Source: an uncultured bacterium
GTDB lineage: Bacteria; Chloroflexota; UBA5177; JANWHV01
Length of the DNA: 64,000 nucleotides
Direction of reading: 5' to 3'
Assembly (NCBI GenBank): GCA_963827235.1
Contig: CAWHAE010000008.1
Location: 320,001-384,000 of the forward strand
In this document: positions 52,791-62,720 of the stretch, piece after piece
Layout of the letters: every line of letters starts with the position of its first letter
Numbering within the stretch: position 1 is the first letter of the stretch
Translations under genes and position numbers: made by a program
Notes under the pieces: generated by a model
Told to the model about the DNA's origin: nothing
Database searches by the model: none
The model's input: only the letters and a program-made list of their open reading frames with translations

Positions 52791-54182
52791 TCACGTGTGA
52801 GGGCCCCGCGCAGCAGTACCCTCCGCCTCGATCGCAGCCAACTCCGCCTCCGTCGGCTTCTCGACCTGCGAGCCATGCCGCACAAAGACATCACCAGAGT
52901 GGATTCGGTGCTGCTCATCGCCCAGATCGGACTTTACGCGGTAGGGCAGCTTCCGCCGATCTCGCAGCACTTCTATTTCACCGACAGGCCCTACTCGGTA
53001 GTCGACGACCCGGTACCGGAGGTCCACTACTGGCTCTGTGTACATGGCAACGACCTGCTCAAAATGATCCTGGCTGAGCCTCGGGTCCGGCGGTCCGTGG
53101 TAAGCGTGCGTCCTCGGCGCGAAGCCTATCACCAGGAGCCGGGGACCGCTCGCCTGTGTGTTGGCCAGCGCGAGAAGGTCCTTGACCAGTTCTGCCTTCT
53201 CTCCCTTGGTGCCCGTGTGCAATTCGCGCTTGAAGTCGACGCTGGTCGTCTCCCATTGCTCAACCAGATCGTCGATGCGGCGGGACTCGAACACATAGCC
53301 ACGTTTGATTGCCCAGACGATACCGGTCATGGTGGCTACCATACTGAAGTAAGGACCGCCAACCAGCGTGGGTATGCGGATGAGGCCGAGATTGTTTAGC
53401 TCTTCGGCTACGGTGAGCAGCCGTGCCGTGCCGTTTTCCCAGCCAAGTTTGGACAATACTGCGTCGTGCCCTACAGCTGACACCAACACGTGATCGCTCC
53501 CGAGTTGTACACAGAGGTCCATAGTGGCGTTCAGCACCTGCTCCTGGGCAGGTTCAAGCTGCCAGGCGCACGTAGACTCCCACGACTTGGCAGGGTTGGC
53601 GAGATAGGCTCTCCCGGCAGGTGTCAGGCTATACGCGATGCCATGCCCGATGGACTTTATCAGTCCGAACTCTTGCAGTTCCTTGAGCATGCCGAGCAAG
53701 CCATGCCGCTGCGGCGACGTGTGCCACGACGGCCCTTCTGGCAGACTCTCGAAAAGCGCACTGGCGATCGTCTCGGTGTGCACTCCAACATACTCCTGCG
53801 CCAGCCCGGATTTCTCGGCGGCATCAACCGCACTCAAGATCCTGACACACCAGCCGAGGTAGTCCATGACCTGGAGCGCCGGTTGACTCGCTGTCTCGTT
53901 GGACTGGCGGTCGTGGTGTTCACGCGTCCGCGTCAGAATCTGAGCCCGGTATTGCTCCTTCGCCGCCTGAACCAGAGGCGCTACGATCGCGTTGTTCGCG
54001 TAAGAGGCTACCTTTGCGTCGATGGCTGTCTCCATCTGCTGGATGGCTCGCTGGACGCTCGCGGCATTCGTGGGATCGAAGCGCAGCGTCGAGATCGTGC
54101 CGTCCAGCGAGGCGAGTGCGCGCTGCGCGTCCTCGAGCTCGCGCTGCAGCCTGTCAAAGCCACTGACCGACAGGTTCATCAC
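52791..54182 (-). CDS. Schlafen/AlbA_2-domain protein with N-terminal helical domain and two winged helices
   Basis: AAGGAGG RBS; ETTSVDFK, KDLLALAN, LLVIG, FVRHGS; wHTHs LKELQEFGLI..YSLTPAG and AEELNNLGLI..ATMTG. Confidence 0.85.
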   Translation of the reverse strand: MMNLSVSGFDRLQRELEDAQRALASLDGTISTLRFDPTNAASVQRAIQQMETAIDAKVASYANNAIVAPLVQAAKEQYRAQILTRTREHHDRQSNETASQPALQVMDYLGWCVRILSAVDAAEKSGLAQEYVGVHTETIASALFESLPEGPSWHTSPQRHGLLGMLKELQEFGLIKSIGHGIAYSLTPAGRAYLANPAKSWESTCAWQLEPAQEQVLNATMDLCVQLGSDHVLVSAVGHDAVLSKLGWENGTARLLTVAEELNNLGLIRIPTLVGGPYFSMVATMTGIVWAIKRGYVFESRRIDDLVEQWETTSVDFKRELHTGTKGEKAELVKDLLALANTQASGPRLLVIGFAPRTHAYHGPPDPRLSQDHFEQVVAMYTEPVVDLRYRVVDYRVGPVGEIEVLRDRRKLPYRVKSDLGDEQHRIHSGDVFVRHGSQVEKPTEAELAAIEAEGTAARGPHT

Positions 54183-54228
54183 GGCGTATTCCTCCTTTGA
54201 GCTGCGATGCCTCCGCTTAGGTGGCAGC

Positions 54229-54289
54229 CAAGGGACACAGTGCCTCCGTCAAAGGACACAGTGCTGTGTCAAAGAGCCTGTGTCCTTTG
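54229..54289. repeat. Cluster of four GACACAG motifs (direct and inverted)
   Basis: CAAGGGACACAGTGC (54229) and CAAAGGACACAGTGC (54250), 21 bp apart; inverted CTGTGTC (54264) and CTGTGTCCTTTG (54278). Confidence 0.75.
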
Positions 54290-54337
54290 CTGTTCCTCTG
54301 GCGAAGCTATGCTATGCACTGCGTTGCAGCGACGCTC

Positions 54338-56741
54338 TTAGCATTCGCTATAGCCGCAGCCGTGGCACTTTTTGCAGCCTTCCTCCAGGACGAAGGCGGC
54401 ACTGCTGCCGCACTGCGGGCACATGTTGCCGAGCACTCGGGCCCCGGGCAGCCGGCCCGCTGCCGCGGAAGCGTTGCCGTTGCCGTGTCCGTTGCCGTTC
54501 TCGGCGACGTGCTTCTGCATGGGACGCGAGACGATGCTCAGGCCTTGCTGAATGTGCCAGCTCAGTGCCTGTGCCACGGCATCCGGGAGCGACAGCACGC
54601 GCTCGGCGCCGAAGCCAATCGAGCGGCTGCCGCCGATGCCGCGTAGCTGCCCGGCAATCAATCTCAGCCGTTCCTCGGTCGGTATCGGCGAGGGCAGGCG
54701 AAGGTTGAGCGAGATCAGCCTGCCCAGTGCCTCGGCGAGCGCCGCGATGTCCGAACCGGCGCGCCCCACGCTGATGAACACCTCCAGCGGGCCCGCGTCG
54801 TCGGAGTTGACGGTGATATTGGCGGTGCCCTCCGGGGCCCGAAGCTGACGTGTGTAGCCCCAGACCACCGGCGGCCGCGGCTTCACGGTCGTCGGAATGG
54901 CTGGAATGTGCGCTTCGTAGTCTACGCCGGCCCCGGGCACCGGAAGCGGCAGGGCCTGGCCGTCGGTCTCCTCGCGTGCCGGCGTTCAGCACCTGGCCCG
55001 TGCTGAGGCAACCGTCGCGAAAGACGGTGATGCCTTTGCAACCTTCCTGATAGGCCAGCAAGTATGCCCGCGCCACGTCGTCCACCGACGCTTCGTTGGG
55101 CAGATTGACGGTCTTGCTGATGCTGTTGTCGACGCCGCGCTGGAAGGCGGCTTGCATCTTGATGTGCCATTCGGGCAGAATCTCGTGCGCGGTGACGAAC
55201 ACGCGGCGCCACACTGCCGGCAGGATCCAGGTCGGCGACTGTGCCGTGATCGCTGACCCGTTCCATGAGCTCCTCGGAGAAGAAGCCCTGCTCGCGGGCA
55301 ATGTGCTCGAACATGGTGTTGGTCATCACCAGCTTGCGCTCCGTGGGCTTGCCACGATCGACGACGTGCATGAAACGCCAGGGCGAAAGCCGGCTCGATG
55401 CCGCTCGAGCAGTCGGCGATGATGCTGATCGTGCCGGTCGGAGCCACCGTGGTGAGCGTCGCGTTGCGCAGCGGCGGCCCGTCCTTATAGATCGATCGCG
55501 AGAAGTTGGGGAAGGAGCCGCGCGTCTTGGCCAGCTCCTGCGACTCCTGATGCGCCGATGCGGTTGACGAAGGACATGACCTTCTCGCCAAGCGCGAGGG
55601 CATCATTGGAGTCGTACGGAACTGCAAGCAGGAAGAGAAGGTCGGCCCAGCCCATGACGCCGAGGCCGATGCGCCGATTGGCGCGGACAGTGTCCTCGAT
55701 CTGCTCCAAGGGCAGAGGATTGATCTCGATCACGTCGTCCAGGAATCGGGTCGTGACTCGTGTGACCCGCTCGAGCTCTTCCCAGTCCACGGCGTAGGAG
55801 CCATCCTCGTTCTTGACCACGCATTCCGCGAGGTTGATGCTGCCCAGGTTGCAGGCGTCGTAACCGCCCAGCCACTGCTCGCCGCAAGGATTGGTCGCTT
55901 CGATCTGCTCTAGCTCCGGTATCGGGTTGCTGCCGCTGTTGTTAGCACGATCGATGAAGAGCAGGCCGGGATCGCCGGTGGCCCAGGCAGCATCGCAAAT
56001 GCGGTCGAACACCATCTTCGCGTTGAGCGTGCCCGTGACTTTCCTTGTGTGAGGGTCGCGCAGCTCGTAGTCGCCCTCGCGATCGAGGGCATGCATGAAC
56101 GCCTCCGTCGCGGCGACCGAGATATTGAAGTTCGTGATATCTCTGAGTCCAGTTTCCGGATCCGGGCGCTTGCAGTCTATGAACTTGAGGATATCCGGGT
56201 GGTCGACACGCAGCACACCCATGTTGGCACCACGTCGCGTGCCTCCTTGCTTCACCGCTTCGGTGGCAGCGTTGAACACGCGCAGGAAGCTGACGGGGCC
56301 GCTGGCTACACCGCGCGTCGTGGCGACTTCGCTGCCTTCCGAGCGCAGGCGCGATAGTCCGAAGCCGGTGCCGCCACCGCTCTTGTGAATGATCGCGGCG
56401 TACTTAATGGCGTCGAAGATCTCGGGAAGACTGTCGCCGACCGGAAGGACAAAGCAGGCCGACAACTGCTGTCCGTTCTGCTTCCCGGCGTTCATCAGCG
56501 TCGGGGAGTTGGGCATGAACTGGCGCTCGACCATGACCTGGTAGAAGCTCTCGGCCACACCGGTCACGCCGGCATCGTCGGCTCCCCACGCGCGCTCGGC
56601 CTGAGCCACCGCATCGGCCACGCGCCAACACATCTGGTCCTCGTCTTCCAACATCTTGCCGTCTTGGCGCCAGAGGTAGCGTTCCTTCAGCACACGTGAA
56701 GCACTTTCCGACCACCGCCCCTTCTTGCGCTCAACCATCAT
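54338..56741 (-). CDS. nrdJ: Class II (adenosylcobalamin-dependent) ribonucleotide reductase with C-terminal TSCPD/Zn ribbon (about 4 frameshifts)
   Basis: [65 protein letters not shown], spread over five frame segments (breaks at about 55553, 55373, 55227, 54950). Confidence 0.9.
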
Positions 56742-56839
56742 CGGCCCGTCATCCTTCCCTAGACTGTATGTGGCGTTGCTCTGGGAATGCGCTTCCCCGC
56801 ATTGACGGCACTCCGCCGTGCTGATGCTGGACCGTGCCT

Positions 56840-57299
56840 CTAGTCGTGGCGCACTCGCTCGATGGCCTCTTGGAGCTGGCCAAGCGAGTCGAACCGCAGA
56901 TAGACCGACGCGAACCGAAGATAGGCGATGTCGTCGAGCTCCCGCAGCCTGGCCATCACGAGCTCGCCAATGGCCTGGCTGCTCACCTCGGACGCGCCCT
57001 GCTTGAACAGCTCAGTCTCGACATCGTCCACGAGGTTGTCGACGGCATCAGCTGGAATCGGCAGACGATGGCAGGCCGTCGAGACCCCTCGGCGTAGCTT
57101 GTCGCGACTGTAGTCCTCACGCTGGCCGTTCTTCTTCACCACCGAGAGCCCCACGTGCTCCAGCCGCTCGTACGTCGTGTACCTCTGCCGGCAGGCGGTA
57201 CACTCGCGGCGCCTCCGCACGCTTCCACCGGCTCTTCGTCTCCGTTTCGCGCGAGTCAATCACGCGGGAGTCGTTGTGGCCACAGTAAGGACACTTCAC
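56840..57299 (-). CDS. nrdR: Transcriptional repressor NrdR (frameshift at about 57235)
   Basis: MKCPYC..SRVIDSR, then RRRRECTAC..YTTYE, ATP cone, AYLRFASVY. Confidence 0.92.
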
Positions 57300-57328
57300 G
57301 ACGAATCACCTTCCGGCGCCTCTGACCG

Positions 57329-57375
57329 CCCCAACATCTAGTGTCGGATCCACAGACCTCCCCAGAGCATAGTAT
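57329..57375. promoter_or_regulatory. Tandem NrdR boxes
   Basis: cccCAAcATcTAGtgt (57329-57344) and the weaker cccCAgagcaTAGtat (57360-57375), 31 bp apart, directly upstream of nrdR-nrdJ. Confidence 0.75.
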
Positions 57376-57530
57376 ACGGTAGCACGTCGCCCGTTCCGGA
57401 TCAATGCATATGCCGCCCAGTTTCCGCGCAGTTTCTGGAAGGCCAGTGGTTCGACAACTGGAACAAGATTCGCCCATCCTACCATGTTGCAGACCGTGAG
57501 TGGGAGCCCGACTATGTTGCTACTCTAGAG

Positions 57531-58599
57531 GTGATGGGTAACGAGTCCGCAGTACATGCAACCGTGGCTGCTGCGGCCGGGCTTTCCGCCGGCCGGCGTC
57601 CCGGCGTGCCTCGTCGAGCCTCGAGCGTGGCCCGATCTCGCCTGAAGCTCGTCGCCCGGGGCTTGTCGATGGTGGCCGTCGCCGCCGCCGTCGTGCTCGG
57701 CTGCGTGGTGACCTGGCAATCACTCGCCGCGCGGAGGGACGCCTCGCCGGCACTCGCCGCGACGGTGGACGGCATGCCGGTGACCATGGCCGACTATCAC
57801 GGTCAACTCGCTCTGGTAGATGCCGGTACGCCGGGCCTGCAGCCGCAGGATGTCGGGCAGGTCACGGCACGCGCGCTGCAACTGGCGATCGACGGAGTGC
57901 TTATCGATGCCACGGCACGGCGATACGGACTGTCCGTGTCACCGGACGCGATCGACGCCACGATGAGGCCTCTTGCCCTGGGGGCGACCGGCGGCGATAG
58001 CCAGAGCGCGGTCTTGCGGTCTGCCGCGCGGCGGGCGATTCTGAGAACTCGTCTGGGCCTGCTGCTTCGCGATCCGACCTGGTTAGAAGAGATGGTTGCA
58101 AACGCCGATATCCGCTATTTCGTCGGCGCACCGAGTCCGCCCGCCCTGAGCTTGGGAGCGAGAGCACCTGGGTTCCAGGCGAGCGATCTGCGCGGGAAGA
58201 GCTGTCTCGTTGCAGGATCTGCACGGCAGGGCGGTCGTCCTGAATTTCTGGACGACGTGGTCGGGCTACAGCGCGCCGGAGCTCGGCTTGCTCCTGGCCT
58301 TTGCGAGGGCGCATCCGGAGATGTATGTGGTCGCGCTGAACTCCTCGGAAGACGCACAGTTGGTCCGGGGCTTTGTCGCCGAGCACCAGCTCGAGGGACT
58401 CACTGTCTGGCTTGACAAGCGTGGTCAGGCATATGCCGGCTACAAGCTGGCCGGCGTTCCCGCAACATTCTTCATAGATATGCACGGCGTACTGCGCAGC
58501 AGTAACTACGGAGCGCTGCCGGGGATAGAAGCTCTGAACGAGCAGGCTCGTCTTGCCATGCGCGGTGTGAACGGCGCCGGTACGAGCGGGGTGCTGTAG
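57531..58599 (+). CDS. Membrane-anchored SurA-N-like plus TlpA-fold protein with SxxS instead of CxxC (frameshift at about 58198)
   Basis: TM helix; AATVDGMPVT..LIDATARRYGLSVS (SurA-N-like); APGFQASDLRG..VVLNFWTTWSGYS..GVPATFFID. Confidence 0.7.
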
Positions 58600-59154
58600 A
58601 TGACCGAGCATGCGGACTTGAGGCGCCGGCGTCGGATGCGCCGGCTGGTCGGCTGGGCTCCCGCGCTTGTCGCCGTGGCCGGCATCGCCATCGCCACCTT
58701 TCTGGTGTTGCGTCCAGCGAGCCACGCCACCGGCCTCGTAGGCTCGAGGGCGCCGGACTTTATGCTCCGAGACACGAACGGTGGCAGCGTGCATCTCAGG
58801 TCGCTGCAGGGACATCCGGTGCTGCTCAATTTCTGGGGCGTGAGCTGTGCGCCGTGCCGGCGCGAGATGCCGGTGCTGCAGCAGGCATATGGGCGGTATC
58901 GCGGTCAAGGGCTCGTGGTGGTTGGGGTGGACGCTCAGTTCGACGACATCCAGGCGGTTACGGCGTATGCCTCCGAACACGGCGCCACCTACACTATGCT
59001 GGTCGATCCCAGCCAGGCGCTCCTGCAGGCCTACGGCCTTGACGCCCTGCCACGCAGCTTCCTGATTGACCGTTCCGGCGTGATTCGACTAGACGAGCAG
59101 GCCCCGCTCGTAGATCCCGGCGTTCTCGCGCAGGCACTTAAGTCGATACTGTAG
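58600..59154 (+). CDS. TlpA/ResA-family thiol-disulfide oxidoreductase
   Basis: TM anchor, APDF, LNFWGVSCAPCRREMP, LPRSFLID. Confidence 0.92.
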   Translation: MTEHADLRRRRRMRRLVGWAPALVAVAGIAIATFLVLRPASHATGLVGSRAPDFMLRDTNGGSVHLRSLQGHPVLLNFWGVSCAPCRREMPVLQQAYGRYRGQGLVVVGVDAQFDDIQAVTAYASEHGATYTMLVDPSQALLQAYGLDALPRSFLIDRSGVIRLDEQAPLVDPGVLAQALKSIL

Positions 59155-59285
59155 CGCTGTTCTCGTTCTGCCTCGCGAGATGAAGCACCGTACTCGTGGA
59201 TGTGCGCCGGGATCCAGCCGTCCGGCCGCTGCAGGAGCCGTGCTCCGCAGGCCCGCACCTGTCTGCGATATCCCGGCGAGAGCGT

Positions 59286-60393
59286 CTAGCGATCGCGCTG
59301 GAAGTATCGCCTCAGCCTCTGAAGGCGGGCGATCGCCTGCGTCTGCAGGCTCTCGCGCCTTGGGGCACTGCTGGCACCGTCCTGGCGACGCTGCACATCG
59401 GCCGACCGGGGCGATTGAGCCGGCCGGGTAGTCGGCGGCTTGGGCCCGACCGATGCCGATACGGCCGAGGGAGTCTTGACCCCTACCTGTGGACTCGCCC
59501 CGGCCGGCCCAGCCGTAGGCGGACCGCTCGCGGCACCATCCCCGTCAGGGAAACTGACCACTGACGGCCTCGCGGTCTGGGCGCTCGTGGCCGCGGGCGC
59601 CGCGGCGGCAGCATGGCTTTTCCGCGGCGCCACGAGGGGCACGACGCCTGCGACCGGTAGGTCGAGGTCGACTTTGCTCTCCGGAGTGAGTGGAACCACG
59701 CGGCTACCGGATGCTTTGCCGGCCGTCGCCGCGGGGCCGGCACCGCCGGAGCCGGAGCCGTCTTCATCGGGGGTCGCGTGTGCCCTGTCCGGCCCCGCCT
59801 CCGGAAGGGCTACCGAGCGATCCGCCTCGAGCGAGACCACGGTCGAAGCGGATTCGCGGGTGGCGGGTACCGGCCCGGCAGTGGGCGAATTGACGCTGCT
59901 CGCCGAGGTAGCGGCGTCACCACCCGATACGCCGAGCGACTGACTTGACGAGACGCTCTCACTGCCGGCGGCGGCGCGGAGCAACCGAGGCGCCGCGCTC
60001 TCGATGGTCGCTGCCTCCAGGAGCTTCAGTCGCGCGTCTCGATCGCCGACCTGAGCCTGCAGGTAGCCGACCTGGCCGGACAGGCGGACTCGATCTTCTT
60101 GGAGGCGCGCTATCTGCTCGTCTTTCTCGCGAAGCATCTCGAGTAGCGCCAGCATCTCGGGCTGTGCCTGGATGTGCTCGAGGCGCCTCGGCGGGCAAGG
60201 AAGTCAGCGCGCCGGCGCCGGCTACCGGTGCGTCAGAGCGCAGCTCCAACAGATCGGCGCGCTGCACGCGCCAGCGATTGCCGTGGCGAACCGCGGGCAG
60301 TCGTCCACTGAGCACGAGTGTGCGCAACTGCCGCTTGGAGCGGCCGCTCAGCTCCGATGCCTGGCCGATTGATAGGTAGCTGTCGTCCGGCAT
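59286..60393 (-). CDS. Helix-turn-helix (excisionase/MerR-like) plus coiled-coil protein with low-complexity tail (frameshift at about 60185)
   Basis: YLSIGQASELSGRS..GRLPAVRHGNRWRV; coiled coil LREKDEQIARLQ..GYLQAQ. Confidence 0.65.
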
Positions 60394-60457
60394 GCGCCAA
60401 GTGTATCCTTGCGCGGCACGAGCGCAACCAACCCTCATCTGTTGATGAGCCCCGCCA

Positions 60458-60783
60458 TCAGCTATGGCTGCCCGTATGGGGCTCCGGGAGCTCGGAGCGT
60501 GGATCGGGTTGAACGGGAAGCGCCGGTGGTCGCGGTGCACTGAGGCGCAGAATGCGGCGCAAATCCTCCAGGGTGATACGGCCGCCCACGCTGCCGCCGC
60601 CTTCCACTGCTACGACCGGGATCTCGTACCGGTATCGCTCGAACAGGTCGACGTCGGTCATAATGTCTATCTGCTCGACAGCAAGTGGACACTCGTGCGA
60701 GATATCTCGTCGAGAAGCTCTTCAGCTTGCTCGCATAGATGGCAACCTGGCTTCATGTAGAGGCGGACGACTGGTATGGTCAT
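60458..60783 (-). CDS. Glutaredoxin-like DUF836 protein (frameshift at about 60698)
   Basis: LYMKPGCHLCEQA, then IDIMTDVDLFERYRYEIPVV. Confidence 0.8.
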
Positions 60784-60789
60784 GCGCCT

Positions 60790-61140
60790 TCACCAAAACC
60801 GCATGAAGGCGTAGGCGACGAGCAGCATGGCAGCGATCTGCACGAAGCCGATAGGAAGTCCGCCGAAGCGGACCGTGGTGAACGTCAACACCGTCCACAG
60901 GGCGGCCACCACGACGACGAAGCTGATGCCTCTGGCAGCATTGACACCGCCGCCGCTAGAACGCCGGTAGCTGTAGGGATCATATGAGGACATGCCCCTC
61001 GGCGTCGGGCGCATGACTCTCACGCGTCCTCGAGGCTGCCGCAGCTCACGCCACCAGCGCTTGATCGCCAGATAACGGCGCGTGATGAAGCGGTATCGCC
61101 AATAGAGCGAATTCTCCTGTAGCTTCTTGAAAAGGTCCAT
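60790..61140 (-). CDS. Small membrane protein
   Basis: Basic N-terminus, two C-terminal TM helices, RBS; abuts the next gene. Confidence 0.6.
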   Translation of the reverse strand: MDLFKKLQENSLYWRYRFITRRYLAIKRWWRELRQPRGRVRVMRPTPRGMSSYDPYSYRRSSGGGVNAARGISFVVVVAALWTVLTFTTVRFGGLPIGFVQIAAMLLVAYAFMRFW

Positions 61141-61425
61141 TGGGACCTGCCTTCCCCAGCTCCGACTTCCCGCGGCTCAGCCTCTATCAATCGTAAGTAT
61201 AGGCTCGTGCACCTATTCAGTCCATCCACCCCTTGACTTTCGGAAACAGATCCGGCGGATGACCGTTGCCATGATGCTGCTCCCATGCCAAGCTCGAACC
61301 CGTAGCGGCGGAGTGAACTCCGCGCTCGGCGCATTCGCGCGAGGGTGCCTGAGCACTCGCAAGGACGAATCTAGGGGCATCGGGTGAGCCTCCGCAGGCA
61401 TGGTGGATTCCGGCGTGGCTTGCCT

Positions 61426-61662
61426 TCAGGGGAGACCAAAGGCCAGGAACAGCATGCCGAGGCAGAGCAGTCCGATCTCAGGCAGCACGCCGTCGGTGTT
61501 GTGCTGCCCATTGATTGTTTCGGTGTGACCGTCGAATGCCACGGTGGTCGTAAGCAGCAATGCGACTGCGATAGTGATACACATAACGCCGGCGACGACG
61601 GAAAGTCGCCGGAGCCTGTGCAATCGCCGCGCTCTCCGTGTCTCTCGTTCTCCGGAAACCAC
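61426..61662 (-). CDS. Small 2-TM protein
   Basis: GAGG RBS with GTG start; two hydrophobic segments. Confidence 0.45.
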   Translation of the reverse strand: MVSGERETRRARRLHRLRRLSVVAGVMCITIAVALLLTTTVAFDGHTETINGQHNTDGVLPEIGLLCLGMLFLAFGLP

Positions 61663-61763
61663 CAAATTCACCTCACCGAATGAGAGGTCCGACCGGGTCG
61701 TGCTAGCCCGCGATGAATGATACACGCCGATCCGCACACCCAAAACCAATGTGCTGAACCTGA

Positions 61764-61793
61764 TTGACGAATATCCGAATTCGACCGTACAGT
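61764..61793 (+). promoter_or_regulatory. Sigma70-type promoter of the DtxR-family gene
   Basis: TTGACG-18 bp-TACAGT. Confidence 0.45.
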
Positions 61794-61841
61794 GAGCGCA
61801 GCAGGAGCCGGGAGACGAGGCGGCCAGCCGATCGGAAGCTT

Positions 61842-62567
61842 ATGGATCCGGTATCGAGCACCGTGGTGTCGGACTACCTTCAGACAATTTACAACACCAC
61901 GATGGAGGGCGATCCCGTCATCGCGGCGGGGCTGGCGCGGAAGTTCCGTGTCTCGGCGCCGAACGTGGCCACTATCCTCCGGCGAATGGAGGAGGACGGC
62001 TTCATCATGCGCGACAGCCGCAAGAGCATCGCGCTTACCGACACAGGTAGGGTGCGGGCCGAAGTGGTACTGCGACGACACCGCCTGGCCGAGCGAATGC
62101 TGATCGAGCTGCTGGATCTCGACTGGATTGCAGCTCACGAGCAGGCCCATCATCTCGAGCACGCCTTCACGCCCTTGGTCGAGTCGCGCATCGACGCGGT
62201 GCTCAACCATCCTGCCACCTGCCCGCACGGCAACCCTATACCAGGCGGCGTCCGGGACGCGGCGCAGTATCTGCGCGAGGCCGGCGCCTTCCGCCTGAGC
62301 GATGCGCCTGTCGGCCAGTCAATCGAGGTGATGTGCATCTCGGAAGTGGTCGAGGATGAAACGGCGGTTCTGCGCTACGTGGGTGAGAAGGGCCTGCGGC
62401 CGGGCACTGCGCTGAGCGTTCGCGAACGCGAGCCAGGGGGTGCGATAAGCGTCGAGGCGAAAGGGCAGACGGTGATCCTCGGATTAGACCTAGCCAGCAA
62501 GATCTGGGTGCGCACGGCACCCAGTGCCGCGGCGCCGCCTGTTGCTGGGGTCGGGCCCGGCGCCTGA
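61842..62567 (+). CDS. DtxR/MntR-family metal-dependent regulator with FeoA domain
   Basis: DYLQTIY, RRHRLAE, HEQAHHLEH, CPHGNPIP. Confidence 0.93.
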   Translation: MDPVSSTVVSDYLQTIYNTTMEGDPVIAAGLARKFRVSAPNVATILRRMEEDGFIMRDSRKSIALTDTGRVRAEVVLRRHRLAERMLIELLDLDWIAAHEQAHHLEHAFTPLVESRIDAVLNHPATCPHGNPIPGGVRDAAQYLREAGAFRLSDAPVGQSIEVMCISEVVEDETAVLRYVGEKGLRPGTALSVREREPGGAISVEAKGQTVILGLDLASKIWVRTAPSAAAPPVAGVGPGA

Positions 62568-62720
62568 ATCCTGCAGGCCTGTCGCGATAGCTTCGAACTC
62601 GGTGGGCCGGCTGGGCGAGCGCGATGGTGCTTTCGCAGCCCGGGCCGAGTGCCCGCGCGCGGCTATGCCCTGCCGATTCCGCGTCTTCAACCTCTCAGGT
62701 ACGCTATGCAGTAGGAGGTC

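Noticed and set aside
51290-54340. Weak GAGCG..GCTGC similarity just after the stop codons of nrdJ, Schlafen and SEFIR genes (attC-like cassette ends?)
   Set aside because: Short, GC-rich, inconsistent, and absent after the PNP gene; no attC-like palindrome.
56742-56840. Cobalamin riboswitch before nrdJ (also sought at 9390-9780)
   Set aside because: No B12-box or GCCACTG-type core visible.
62692-62699. CTCTCAGG glycine-riboswitch-like motif
   Set aside because: The upstream GGAGA/CCGAAG elements are absent.
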